A stretch of 63,673 nt of DNA, counting the filler, from Lenisia limosa (lineage: Eukaryota > Protista > Breviatea): the NCBI GenBank assembly GCA_001655205.1. It is 8 parts of 8 records of this genome, joined end to end, with 100 filler letters (N's around TTAATTAATTAA, not from the genome) between each part and the next. Parts side by side here need not be neighbours in the genome. Positions count along the whole stretch, not along the records: positions 11,834 to 30,916 come from LPNZ01010579.1; 7 more parts are not named here. One strand, written 5' to 3'. The stretch's first letter is position 1; each line of letters starts with the position of its first letter. The notes below the pieces were generated by a model. The model saw only the letters and a list, made by a program, of their open reading frames with translations. It searched no databases and was not told the origin of the DNA. Shown one piece after another: positions 12,631 to 26,578 of the stretch. A program made the translations under genes and the position numbers.

Positions 12631-13739
12631 AGACAACTGCATACTCATGTGGCGCGAATGGGTATTATCAACTTGGCGGGGTAGGGGGGTGGTGAACAAG
12701 ATACTAAATTTGGTGAATGGGAGAAGCTCTTCTTTATTGTTTTTGGGTAGCATCGGTAGTATCGTTCACTCCCCCTCCCCTCTCCCAAATACCCCAGTAT
12801 TGGATCACACTTTTTTCACCCAATAAGGATGTCTGTGTTTTCTTTGTTTCATTGTTTTTAACCCTTGTATGTTTCAGAAATGCTTGCCAACAGAGAGTGT
12901 GAGATAATCAAATAATCTTTTATTTTTTATTTACCCCCCCCCCCCCNNNNNNNNNNNNNNNNNNNNNNNNNNNNNNNNNNNNNNNNNNNNNNNNNNNNNN
13001 NNNNNNNNNNNNNNNNNNNNNNNNNNNNNNNNNNNNNNNNNNNNNNNNNNNNNNNNNNNNNNNNNNNNNNNNNNNNNNNNNNNNNNCCGCCCACGAATCC
13101 ATTTGTACATACAATTTCAGTGGGCACCCATTAATACGTATATTCTCTTGCAAATGATCGGGTTAATTTATATTATCACAATTGGATCAATTTCAACGTC
13201 GATTATCGTATGCCCAAATAGATGGGGAAATAGCTACATTATTAAGAGAGAGTCTTTTGTTAAAACCAAAAGTAAGGAGCTAGGTTGACTCTCTACCTTA
13301 TTTTGGTAATATGTTCCTTTTTTGATCAGTATTAATATTGACTCGGATTCTCTTTCAGTTTTTCATTATTTTGATGACCAAAAATTGATACGGTTTTTTT
13401 TGGGGTTTTTTTCTGTCTTGTTAAAACTCCATTGTTTTACTTTTGCTGTATCCACTCTTCTTTGGGGCACCATACCTCTTTTAATTCAAACGACGCTCAA
13501 TATTTCTATTGTGAAAAAAGCGCAAACACTATTTTCTAAATTTATGGCAAGTAACTAAATACGGTAACGTATTAACTTGATATCATCGAGGTACTCTGAC
13601 AGATGATATCAGTTTTGTCAAGGTGGGCGGAAGGGCAACATTTTGTAGTTGGTGCTATGATTGGTCTTGTTGCAATATTAAGGGGGTAAATCATAATGCT
13701 GGAAGGAGCGGGGTTGCTCAAGCAGAAGCCGTTAGCTGA
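12631..13739 (+). CDS. Unidentified multi-exon gene
   Basis: GT-AG-bounded open segments (RQLHTHVARMGIINLAG; NDRVNLYYHNWINFNVDY; DDISFVKVGGRATFCSWCYDWSCC...AVS*). No homology recognised. Confidence 0.3.
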
Positions 13740-13778
13740 TACATGGAGTTTCAGTTCTAAAACATGATGACTTTGTAA

Positions 13779-14597
13779 TCATTGCACTGGCTTCTTCAAT
13801 GAAGCAGCTATTTTTATGCCAAGTGTGCTCTTGAGTATATTTTCTAATAATTCTGGGTTCATTTTAGAAGGTGGATGCGAGGAGAAGAGTAGAGGATAAT
13901 CTTGCAGTAACAGCAGCAGCTCAAGTACCATACGTTGGTGGACGTTTGGCAAGGAAGACACAAATTTGTGGGAGTATTCCTTTTCAGGCTGCAGGGTAAT
14001 CCCATTGAGGAACAGCACGTCGAATATTCCTTCAAAATAAACCATTGGAATACGTATACTGTTATATAAGGTCGTGACATGACGTTGTCCGTCTGGGTTT
14101 ACAAGGAAGTGTTGAGAGCTAAATGCATCTGCTTCCGCCAGGAGGTTTTCGATTGGGCTGAGGTAATGACAGTGTCGGCTGCCACCTTGGAAATCGATGG
14201 GTGCAACAAGGGCTTCACTTTGGTTCAAAAAAAGACTGAATTTATTGATAAATCTTCGATAAAAATCGATATTGTTTCAGTCTTTTTCTAATCGAAGTGA
14301 AGCCCCAGATGCGGCCTCCCCTTCCTCGTCGAAGGTTTCTATTGGGTAGTAGACTAGGTGGGGCTGTTCGTTAAGACTCGAACTGGTGCCAAAGAAAGAT
14401 CTTGGGGACAATGCTGGCGAAGACCTTGTGCTTGTCAAAACCAACCTAACCTGGTGGTGGTCAGACTTTGAAGAAATGCAAAAAAAAATGCATTGATTCT
14501 TCTTCAAGGATACACCCTCAAACCAATTAAACAACACACCATTGATTTGAAATAAGTCTACTGAACTCACTTGAGTCCTCCCCATTAAAAACTTCAT
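13779..14597 (-). pseudogene. Intronless RhoGAP-like ORF (about 240 aa) interrupted by a 96-bp MITE
   Basis: SFFGTSSSLNEQPHLVYYPIETF...SLPNVHQRMVLELLLLLQ...SKMNPELLENIL resembles a degenerate RhoGAP. The two ORF halves join in frame if 14210-14305 is removed. Confidence 0.45.
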
Positions 14598-14800
14598 ATT
14601 TTTTGGTGTATTTTCTCTTGAGACTAGGTTATAGAGGTATGATGTTATCCCCCAGTCGATTTTGTGACTTGCTGTTACCGTTGACTGTTAGGCAGATTCT
14701 GTTCTTGATTTTTAAAATGCGATGTTAATCCTGTTTTACCATCATATTAACTCATAATTATATATTTGTGTTTTTTGATTATTTTTGGTTGATATAATAC

Positions 14801-17800
14801 TGCACCACTACATCTGCTGACCCCGATATTATTAATGTTATCAGACAATCAAGTCAGATGTGTTGGCCAGAATTCAAGAAAACAGGTATTCATCGATCAT
14901 CTTTCTTTAAAAAGAACTGCTTTTTGAAGCAGTCTTTTCCTAACCAAGCGAAGTTTATCAAAATGCATGTACATGATATATCGATATGACATTAGTGATA
15001 TTTGTATTTCTGAACTAAATCACATAATAATCAATGCCTCTAATAAACATGATATTGTGGACGGCTTTGGTCAGATACTAAGTGTATTATTTTCTTTCTC
15101 TACAAATGTACTAGAGCTTCACTTGGTTCCAGAAAAGACTGAATTCTCGAAAAATCCACTATAAACATTGATATTTTGTCAGTCTTTTAGAACTGAAAGT
15201 GAAGCTCTAAAATGTAGCTACCAAGATTAATGTTTAATAATTCGATAAGTAGATTCATATTTTGTCAAGATTTTATTAAATTTAATATATTCTGGAGCTT
15301 AAACACACCTGATACTCCTCACATCTTAGATTCAAGACAGTGAAACAGTATCAGTGTTTCCGAAAATTCAAATCCTTGATCTTGGCGCCACTACTATCAT
15401 CTCCATTGCTGCGGGAGGATATCATTTTGCCATTCTTACTGCTGAAGGTAGTTGGGGATTTTCCACTCTACAGCACATCGAATTGGGATTATCATTAGTT
15501 TTGGGAATCCTATTTCTTCATATTTTCATATAATCATATGGGATTCCCATGTGCATTTAGATATTAGATTGGGAATCCCAGCGTCTTCATAAAAACCAAG
15601 TCACTACGCCGTGGTGTGGTTGTTGTTCTGGAAAACTGATAGTATTTGTCTCACCTCATCAAGTTTTACCCTGATATTTGTATGTCTCTTTCATTTTCTC
15701 TGATTGAAAGCCTCAACACGCCTCATCTATTTTTGCAGTAAACTAGGATCAAGATCCAAACTTCTGCCTTGGTGTTCATTTTGTTATTTCCTGTTTTCCT
15801 TGATTACTTCTCAGGAACATCGTACACTTGGGGGAGGATAGATTTCAGCACTCTTGTCCGCACGAACACATCACCTTCACCCGTTTTGGTATGCCCATAC
15901 TCAGGACATCCGTATGGTTTGCTCCAACTTGATCAACAAAAAAGTCCACATAAACCCCTCCTCTCAAACTCAATCATCTGAAATTGACTGATGCAATATC
16001 AATACTTAAAGACTTCGCCCACCCACAGAGTTGATTATGGGCTATTTTTTTGTTTCATTATTTTTTTTCCAATTTTACCCCCCCCCCCCATCAGGCTGAG
16101 ATTCCAGAAGGCCGCACAATCACTCACGTTGAAACCGGCTTCTATACTACGGTCTTCACCCTTGGTGGGTGAATTCCTTCCTCGCATATCATTATTTTAC
16201 CCACATCATTCATTCGTATTTCGCTTGTCTTTTCTGAATCCACACTGAAGCAATGTGGATGTAGGTATCAAGCAAAGGATTATGTATATAGTCGTATGAT
16301 TCATACGATATTCTATCTTACAACTTATATGAAAGATACTCACTCCAATAGTAATGTCACTTCTAATAATTAAGTCGGTTAATGGCCGAAAATCTGAATA
16401 ATTCGAGTCCCATACTTGAGATTATCAATTACTATGAATATGTATCATATATAGATGATGCGTAAACAGTGTAGTAATGTATTAACAAAAACTATTATAT
16501 AATAATAGTCTACTATTACTTATTTAGATAGATTTCTACGTAAACAAATGACATAAGATTGGATGATTTTTCTCCTAACTCAATATTAGATACACTCAAA
16601 ATAAGATGATTTTACTAATAGCTGGATCTATCCAATTTTACTGATAACTCTATAGATGATGGTACGTTCTACGGAGGCGGTTTCAATGAGAAAGGATCCC
16701 TTAATCCCACTACTAGCACTTCCTACATGGATTATATCAATGTTGACATTGGTGCTGAGGTAAGGGGGATAGTTTTCTTTTGTTTGCTTTTGTTGGTGAG
16801 TTTACTCCAGTATCTGCTAAATGGGGGAGCAGCCCATTGTAGTATGTTGACTTGGTAATCTTACCCTGAGGTATATCTCCTGATACGATTATGTATGAGC
16901 ACAGTATACATGTGCATGTCATGAATTATCGCATTCAGTGTTTTATATACATAATATATGATATGTATTTGCATCCCCCTTTTTTTGTGTATTTCGGTAC
17001 TGCTTAATGAAATTGTTGCTTCCATTCAAGCAGAATCCCCCAAACTGAGCTCTATTATATGAAGAATCCCTTGTTTTTTACCAAATAGACCAGTCCAGTT
17101 GTCAAGTTTATCCCATCAGAGTATTACGCAGCTGTACTCACTGGTGGGAGGACCCTCTGTTGAGAGCAATGGGATATTTACATTTTACACCAAAGTCTCA
17201 ATAATCAAATATTTGAGAGGGGTTTTTTGATTATTTTCTATGTTCAGTGCGACAGTGTATTTGATAACCAACTGAAAACATGGGCCCCGGGAAATAACCG
17301 CTCATTACAATTTCTGGGTGTTGCAATTGTAATAAATACAAAACTAGTCGAATTTGACACACCTTGGATATCGGCTTGTTTACATCACGCGATGGATTTT
17401 TGCTCTTTAGATTTAGGGTTTTGTCGATATTTAGCACGTTATCTGTTGGACAATTAGTTATTCTGTATAGAAAATGGCAAGGTATTCACCCGAGGCCAAA
17501 GCCTACTGGTCGAATCGGCATGTCTTGCTTCTTCTTCTGCTGCTTTTACTGAGGTACTGTTCGATTCTTCCTCAAGTATTAACCAACTTAAATTTGGCAA
17601 ATTCTTAATAATTATTGAAGGATTTTTTTTTCTATTTATTTTTCTTTTAAGGCAAACTCATTTTGTCTAGATTATGACGAATGTTGCTGATGTTGACTGC
17701 TCCTACGCGCATGGCTGTATTTTCCTCAAGAGTATGTGTTGTTGTCATATAATTAACTGCACTTCAATCATAAAAAAAAATGAAAAGTTTGCACTTACGC

Positions 17801-18844
17801 TATTTAGACACGGGAGAAGTTATGATGTGCTCACACTACACTGACATCATACCAGGACATGCGTCCCAGTCCTCAACCCCGGTTGGTGCTTTGGATGGGT
17901 ACTACATATATACTACTATGTTACATGGACTAACATAGTTGATTTGGGAGGGGGGTGGGGGGTTCGGAAATGTTATAGTATATATGGGATGCTCTGCTGC
18001 AGCCTGGGCTCTGTTTGTTTTGTTGTATCTTCAACCCTCGTGTGTTGCTAGCCAACAGAGTTGATTTTGTGCTTTTTTGTTTCTTTATTTTTTTTCCAAT
18101 TTTACCCCCAACTTCAGATTGACATTACGACCGATGTCAATGAAGGATGTCTTACAGGCAAATCGGTTACCAAAATCAAGGTCTCGTTCTACTCAGGATT
18201 CTACTTCTATGGCGGTAAGCTGATTACTAAGAGTTAGTGCTTTACTTCGGTTCGAAGAAAGAATGAATTTTTCGATAAATCCTCGAAAACTATCAATATT
18301 CTATCTGTCTTTTTTAGACTAGAGTAAAATCAAATTTGAAGTCAAACTGCTGTCGAGAAAACTCTATTTCAGACACGCTAATCACAAGTCATTATATTTC
18401 CCCAAAAAGCAATATATTACACGAAGCCTTGTTGATTACTATGGTGCCGTCAACAAATAGTTTGTGTATTTTTGCCAGACAATAACATTGAACAAGAAAT
18501 GCCATACCATCTAGAACTACTATTTGTCAAATTTTGAGCCAAAATAGTTGATTTGGGGTCATATTCCGCCTAGCACTGCATTCACCTCGCTAGAGTGCCA
18601 CCCTACCAAAGTCTTCGGGTTTGCAAAGAAGGAATATGCCCAATCTGCTTGTATCAATACTCTGCCAGGCAACTCGGTGTGTTTTGGAGCAAGAACAAAT
18701 GTGTATCTCTGCTTGGGTTTTTTTCATAAATGTGCCTCCCCCCCTCCTCATTCATTCAAGGTTGTAACGGTTCTCGAAACTCCCGAGCCTTATGATGAGG
18801 TAATTGGCAGCTCCTGGAACGCCTTTGCCCTCACCAGGGTCTAA
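14801..18844 (+). CDS. RCC1-repeat (beta-propeller) protein, multi-exon; start approximate
   Basis: Exons with RCC1 motifs: IISIAAGGYHFAILTAEG|TSYTWG, ITHVETGFYTTVFTL|DDGTFYGGGFNEKG, NGGAAHCSMLT, ENGKVFTRG, VADVDCSYAHGCIF. Stop TAA at 18842-18844. Confidence 0.8.
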
Positions 18845-19945
18845 AACCTTTACATTTCCGTTTTTAGATGATTTTTATGTATTTTTTTATCATGACTTTA
18901 CACTCACAGGTGTTAAACATTGTTTCAATACTTTATATAATTCTAATAGCGTAAAATGATATTATTAATCAGTGTCTTTCTTAACCGAAGGCGAATCCAG
19001 TTTCGACAACTTTATATCTTTTTTAGAATATGATAAACCATGCTATTTGAACCATCTTTTTTTTCGACAGTTAAGGTGCGCCAGGGATCCCACTAATATT
19101 AACAAGCCATGGTTAACCGTTTCCCCTGAAAACAAGAGTCACGCATTATTCGTTCATGGGGTTTTTCTACACCCCAAGATTTGTTTCTCTTTTCTTAGAT
19201 GATTTTATGACCATATCATATGTTTTGCAGATGATATTTCTTTGCTGTACTATTCTAAATCAAGTTTCTATATGCTTGCTTTTATAGATTGTACAAATAA
19301 TAACGAATCTGACATCAAGTGACTTAGATAATTTTTGACCGATTTGCTATGTGATTTCACTGGAGAAATGGGACAAGACTATCCAGGTAATGTGTACTAC
19401 CTTTACCCTGGGGAAAAATTTTGGGGTTTGAATCTACTATAGTTGAATTAGTTAAACATAATCCCCACCAGCAATAAATGTGCGAATAATAGAGTGCATT
19501 GATGCAAATAAATAACAAGGAAACATGAGGCCTATCAGGGCTCAACTGCAATATCACCATCACCGACATCCTAAGGGGGTGACACTTAGGGTGGACAATT
19601 TGCAGGTCATAATAAGGGGATAAACAGTAAGTGGGTAAATGTAGACAATGGGAATTCCAGCTTTTTTATAGGAATTTCAAGTCAATGCGCCGTAGTGAAA
19701 GGAAAATAACACCACGGTGACGCATCGAGGATTCTAATTTGGTAATCATTTCCAGACTGAGATTCTCCTATAAATGTTTATTCAACATAATCACAAGTGA
19801 GCTATTGTTATGACGTGTGGTTCAAGTTTTCAAAAAGGGCAGTGATAACGTATGAATGGAGCGTTAAGAAATACGGTAATATCCACAGCATTTTTTTTAT
19901 CAAAATGATCTTTATTACGAGTTAATTGTATCAAAATCTTCTTAT

Positions 19946-22900
19946 TTAACCCAGACGTACCACCATGTCGCCTAGGTAGTTTCTTGGGAACCATCCAGTA
20001 GTCCCAGAAGGGGCAGTTCCATGAACCCACTCGCCATCCACAGTGTCAATCAAAATCTGTTCTCCTAGAAGGTGATTAAAAATGATAGTTGTTTTAAAAG
20101 CTTTTGTTTCTTATTCAAATCATCATTATTTGAAAAAAGTTATCATTTTGTAAACGTTAAATCTCAGTGAGCAGAGTACAGTAAAAAATACTATTTATGC
20201 AATATAATATTCCCGCTAACCTTCACCCATGCTAATTTCACCATCATTGGAAGCAGTGAAATCGTACAGTGCCTGTGGGAGATTGTAAAATTCAAATACG
20301 TTCAGGCTGTGTAATTTTTACACTAATAAATGACAAAATGGCAACAAATCATCATGTGTCACAAGTTGAACACAATGAAAGTATCAGCTCAACTCTTTAT
20401 ATGTATGTGCTTGAATCAATTTCACCAAGCAATTTATTACCCAATTATGTTATTGAAGCAGTGTTAACCTACGTCAGCCTTCCAAATCTTTGACTCCGTT
20501 TCTACAATGTTATCTCAAATGTTAAAGTGTCAATGGAGGCAACAAATAGTGATTGTCTTATGCAACACAAAGGTCGACTACTTTTTTGTTAATCCATTAA
20601 GTATTCAATTATCCTTCTTGAAGCAAAGCTATGAAATTTTTCGGATTCAACTAGAGTTTCACACCAATAACAAACACCCCAGTGAAATGTCAGCTAATAG
20701 AGATGTTTGTGCAGTATATTATCTGGGGCAAATTGGGAAAATTAAAGTATGGTTCCTGATTCTAACTCACAACCCAGCTGAAGTCATACTTGACTAAAAA
20801 TATTGTTCATGTAAGTTCCAACCAACCCTCTTCCGGCCAAATGACAAAAACAGCAGCAAAATAATAGGAGGCTCACTTGCTGATTCCTGGTCGGATTTGG
20901 AGGCAGTAGCAAGGTCGCTCATCATTTTGTCACGAGACTCACCGTACCTTCAAGAGTAACAAATATGCATAATAGCTAAAATGGAGAGGAGGTTTATGGA
21001 ATGGGGGATTGGAGCCTTGATTTTAAATATCAAGTTTATAGGTTAAATCACATCAATTTTTACTCACGCATACGTAAGGTTTGACGTTTTAAAAGGAGAA
21101 TGGTTGTGATCGGTAGGCGTTCCACAGCTTGGTCTGAAGCAGTCAGGGGATACTATAGTGATATTGGATAAATATGATATCTATTTCTAAAACATATTTG
21201 GTTCTGCTAGAATTTTCATAGAATAATGACGTTATTAATATTGGGGAAAAGCTGTTAGCAAATAATGTACAATTAATTTTGAAATAATTTTGAGTCAGGA
21301 TTTAGACGTACGTTGCGATTAGGTTGAATTGCGTCGCAATATGCTATCTTAATTCACCCACAAATTTCTAGAAAAAATATATGACATATTTACCATATAC
21401 TAAACGCAATATTCTGACAAGATTGAAAAATAACAAGAAATAGCAGTCATTTTCATTTCTCCATTTCACCATTTGCATTTTATCGACCGTGTTTGTGTTT
21501 CTCAAATGTCGCAAAGTTGTTTATTTAAATAACATTTTGTGATCACTTTCACACGTGTGAATATCATTTTCCAAGCAGTGATATGATACCACATAGCCAC
21601 GTGAATGATAGATAAAGAAGTCCCAATGCTACCGACTTCCTCAAGGGTAAACTCCATTGTGAACTTCTTTTATTATTTGCTTCAAAATATGGTCTTATTA
21701 TCATATCACATGATATTAGTTAACATTTCGACTCAAATAATATAACAGTATTTTTACTTTTATTATTTTTTGTATTATATTTTTTGATGGGTCAACACAA
21801 TCTTAGCCTACCTCTCAGGAGGGGGGTTACTCTTTTCAAGAGAAACCACGTGGGAAGAAGCTTGAGCCTCATGGTTTGCGTGCTGTAGCAAACGGGGTTA
21901 GTATTGAATGCATCGGGAGTGGTAACGAATGATTCAGGGACGCAACGTATGATACGATACTACCATTCGTTTTGATCATGATCATGTCATTTCTTAGATC
22001 TAACTATTATTCATACATTTCCTTATGCTCATTATATCGGAGCTACCAACCAAGACAGTTTTGTACTCTTCAAACTGACAAAGGGCGGAAGGTGCCTTAC
22101 CACTGGCATTTCTCTTGATAAACATTTCCATGTCCTTTCGGGGATCTGAGAAGTTAGTTAACTTGATTAGAATATGGGAATATCACTCGATCGAAATGAT
22201 AATGAAAATGTTGCTATTTCAAGGATTTATCAAGAAATGTAAAGTTTTGACAGAAGTACAGGGCCATTTGAATTTTTCGAATATGCTATCGATAATAATA
22301 CGTTATTTCAACTTATTTTGATGTATATTTCTCATAATGTGTAGCAAAATGATAGATTTAATGTGACATTTTAATCAAAACACTTTGTAATGATAGGCAA
22401 TAATGTAGTCCAATTGGCGAAACTCACCAGAGTGACCTACCAATGGCGTTACAGAATCCTTTAGCCTCCAGAATTGCCGCTCCCATTGAAGTCATAGTTT
22501 CGGTCAGGTAAGCACTGAGACGCCCAGCCGAATTTGATTCGAATGACAGACGGTCATGATCCATCTTTTCGTATTTCTGAGGATAATTATCTTGAAATAC
22601 ATGGAAATTCAGACATTAATCCCCAAAGGGGTCTTTTCCTCAATTATATAAACAATGCTGACTTTCATAATTTCAGTAATGTGTTTTCTGTAAGACGTCT
22701 GGCTATCTTGGTGCTTAATAACCTAAAAACAAGTTACTGGTTTAATTACAATAAAAAATTATTATTTAAACATAATAAATGAGAAATACAAATTAGGGAT
22801 CATGATAACCTTCCACACGTGTATTACATCAATCAAAGAGTCAAAAGAAGTGAAGTAACCATGCCATCTGTCCTGCTAGAAGCTCTTAAAAAACCTACTT

Positions 22901-25632
22901 GTTCTCTGTACATTTTTTCCTTCTTTTGCAGTCCCTTTTCTACTTCCGAAATCTGCTTGTCCAGCTAAAATGTGATCGTTTGATTGATATTCATTTCAAT
23001 TGGGAATATTTTGGACAATAAGTAAAGATATCGTTATATGTTCATTTAGCAATTTGAAGTTGTAAGGACAAAGTGAAGGGTTTATTTTTATTATATAGTA
23101 TATGTAACATATATATATATTTCGAAGTTAAAAGTTATAATTTCTCAAGTATTAACTGTTATTATGTAACCAAGCAAGTTCAGATAAAATTCAGCACATG
23201 AATGCCCCTTACTTTTCCAAGGTTCTTCTTGTCTTTAGCGTTAATCATCATTTGACGGTTGATGGTGAGAAGTTCGTGCTTTTGTGAAGCTTGAGTGTAG
23301 GCGGATTTTACCTAGGCGGAAGATGTGATATACTTTGATACAATTGTCAACTCATAATAATATTTTATGAAATTACATAAAAATGAAGCTTAAACCATGT
23401 GACAATAAAAATATTTGCAGTATATCATATTTAATTCAAATCAACAATGCTGCCTTTGATAAGTAGTATCTAGAAATGCGAAAAACCTACTTGGGAATCT
23501 GACTACCCCGCATACTTTATGAATCTTTTGTTTTTGAGTTTTTTGATGGCTGATAGTAATTCCTATTACGCTGCACTACTAACTACAAATAGAATCACCC
23601 TGTTTTAGACAAAAAAATCCTCTTACCTGCTCTAATCTAGCAATGTTCTTCTTGTGGCGGGAGTTCAAGTCAATTAGCTGTTCGTAAAGCTAAACAGTGA
23701 TTAACACTACCTATTATATATCAAATGGTCGATAAAACATTACCTGAATATTGTATTAATCAAATTATTTGTCCTTAATCTCTTTACCACTTCACCTCCC
23801 AATTCCCAATGAATAGCTCTCCGCCTATCAAAAGAATCTTCCTCTGAATAAATCACCAACACAACTTAATCCCCTCTCACCACTTTGCCTTGGTTAACAT
23901 GGCCAGCAGCTAATGTCTCCAGTGGGTCCTTTATAAGTGAATATGATATTGTGTATTAGTGTTATCTAGAAAACAATGGTGTTTTCATTGAGATTATTAA
24001 TTGAAAACTCAAAGTGCTGTTTCCCCCCAAAAACGATCATTGTTTGACGCATGCGAGTTGAGAAGTTGCTATGAATGCCAGAAATAGAGGTAACCATTTT
24101 GCGGAGATTCTTTAGGCTTGCACCCATCGTACTAAATAATAACAACAGCAATTATATTTGATATAAACACTGAAAATATTTCATAGAGCTCTAGAGCTAA
24201 CCAGAGAAATAATAAATCACCCTCACTTTTGTTATTCTCAATCTATGTGTGTTATCCAAATGTAATAAAAATGTTTGGGTTATTTTGTTTCATAGTTTTC
24301 CATTTTGACTCAACCTACCCTTCTTCAGGTAGTTTTCTGGCGTTGAGGGCAATTGATATTTGGCTGACAGCAGCAGCATAGTTCTGCGAGGCATTTTCCA
24401 GGACTTTCATGAGTTGGATCAGCTCTACAGTTGTGAAGTTTTCTATTGCGAATTAACAAGGAGTGCTGCCATTCTGACTGCCTATCATATAAACTATAGA
24501 GTTTCTAACTCTCTGTACACATGTTCATATGTATTATTTGATACTACTCTATTCCAAAAAAAAAAAAATCAAAAACTCAACATCATACCAGTAATAGACG
24601 CTTTGCCTTCTTCATGTCTGTTGTCAATCGCTTTGAAGTTGCCCTAAATACCCCATGAATAATGCTACAATTGCATAAAAACCAAATATGGTAAATATAT
24701 TAACCCGGTTTACAAAATTGGACACTTTGAATCGAGAGATGAATTGGAAACAAATTTGAAAATATTGATACAATAGTGCTTCCATATATGGGTTAAAAGG
24801 TTAGAAATTTACATTTATATTTTGGGGTAATTCAACAATACGTTTCATCTACATACCCATAAATAAGTTGGGTAATCAAGAGGTACACCTTCTTGAATTT
24901 CAATAACAAGATTCACCATTTTTGTGTCCTGAAGAATTAGAACGTTCATTTGAGCGAGTACGGTATAACAAGCCAATTGTTTTAAAATAAAACAGGAAAA
25001 GTGTTTCAAAGCTAAGAAAAACTTGAACCACTCCAATCCCATCAACCTTGTCAATTAGCTACACACTTCGGGGAAGAGCGTCAATAACAGGGCCTCTAAA
25101 AGGGGAAACTGCTATCAAAACAAAATATGGTAATGGTGGTCTAGTAAGTGACAGAAAATCAGGGCTTTAGATGGTTTAAGCTTTAACTTTGCTTGTTTCT
25201 GGTTTGCTCAGAGTAGACTTTGCTTTCCTGAAAAGACCCAAACCTTCCTAATATAGAAATTTAAGAATGTTGCATTATTTGCAGTGTAAAAACTCAGGTA
25301 TAATACAAAAAATGTGGAAATGTGGAAATGTGTTGCATGTTGTTGTCCCATTAATAAAAGGTAGACGAAGTCCGGCAGTTAGAGTGGATCAGCAAGAGTG
25401 GATCATAATCCTAAAGACATTACGTCTTCGATTCTGTATTTACAATATTGTAAACATCTCTACAGTTTATTTAAGATGGCAGGGAGAAGAGGAAGAAGGG
25501 AAAGGATTTCTATGCTAATATATATAACAAACATGGGGATGCACATTTTGCATACCTCTACTTGGAGCAGTTTTCCTCCACACTGCTCCACACGATCCCA
25601 GCACGATCCTCTTTACCACAGCTGGACGACAT
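19946..25632 (-). CDS. BAR/I-BAR-like coiled-coil + C-terminal SH3 protein
   Basis: The SH3 is clear: ALYDFTASNDGEISMGEG|EQILIDTVDGEWVHGTAPSGTTGWFPRNYL. Helical exons ELIQLMKVLENASQNYAAAVSQIS, MGASLKNLRKMVTSISGIHSNF, DPLETLAAGH and VKSAYTQASQKHE resemble a BAR domain. The 5' end is tentative. Confidence 0.65.
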
Positions 25633-26578
25633 AATTCAGATCATTTTGTTATCTAGAAGCATAACCGGATTTTAGAACATTGCCACGAAATTATCTCCCT
25701 CCACTCCTTGATTATATCAACCTACTATTTATCAGCGAAGAAAGGCCCATTCTGTTTAATAACAAAAGACTCAAAGGTTTGTTCATTTCAAAGCTCCTCT
25801 TGGCGCTGAGGTCAAGGAGTATGCTGTTATTCTCAGCTTGGGTTAAACTATTGTTTTTTTTTCCCTATGTTTCCCCTAATTCAACAATTCACCACCATTT
25901 TTTATTATTTTGAATGGTTCGACATCTAGTTACAATATTGGACTTCCAGTTTGCAAATAAACACGTAATCAATTGCCAGAATATCTAATTACATCTTCCC
26001 GGTTCATCCTAGAATAGATATACTATTTATATTACAATCTGATCTAATTATCAACATCCTAGGGAATATAACATTTGATTACTCCAGGACAACAGTGCTA
26101 TGAATTCTCCAGGAGAAAATAGGGTATGCTTGGATGGTCTGTTTGGGTGTCCAAAATCCAGCTCAAATGGGGTGCCCTGTTTACAGCGTCTGTATTTTCA
26201 AAAGTTATAAAGGTTGATTTGTAAAATAATAAGACAATTTTTGGCTACAGACGTTTTTTTTTTTCAAAATGCCACCCCATCTTTAGGCAAGCCCAATTTT
26301 GCTCGTCAATATCCCTTGGAGTTTTTATTATTAGTAATAAGAGCGGTTAACTTATCCAAACCTACAGAAACATAAATAAGTACCAAAATGCAAGGAATAC
26401 CACTAAAATTACACATAATTGGATTGCCATCTACTAAAAATGGAAATTATTAATTCCTCTCATTCATTTCACGGATTCATATTAAAGTGACAAGTCAATT
26501 AATCACCGTCTACTAAACAATCAAGTTATCTATTCCTCTGATAAGTTGCACGGAAAATCTGCTTAAGTGACATTTCAG

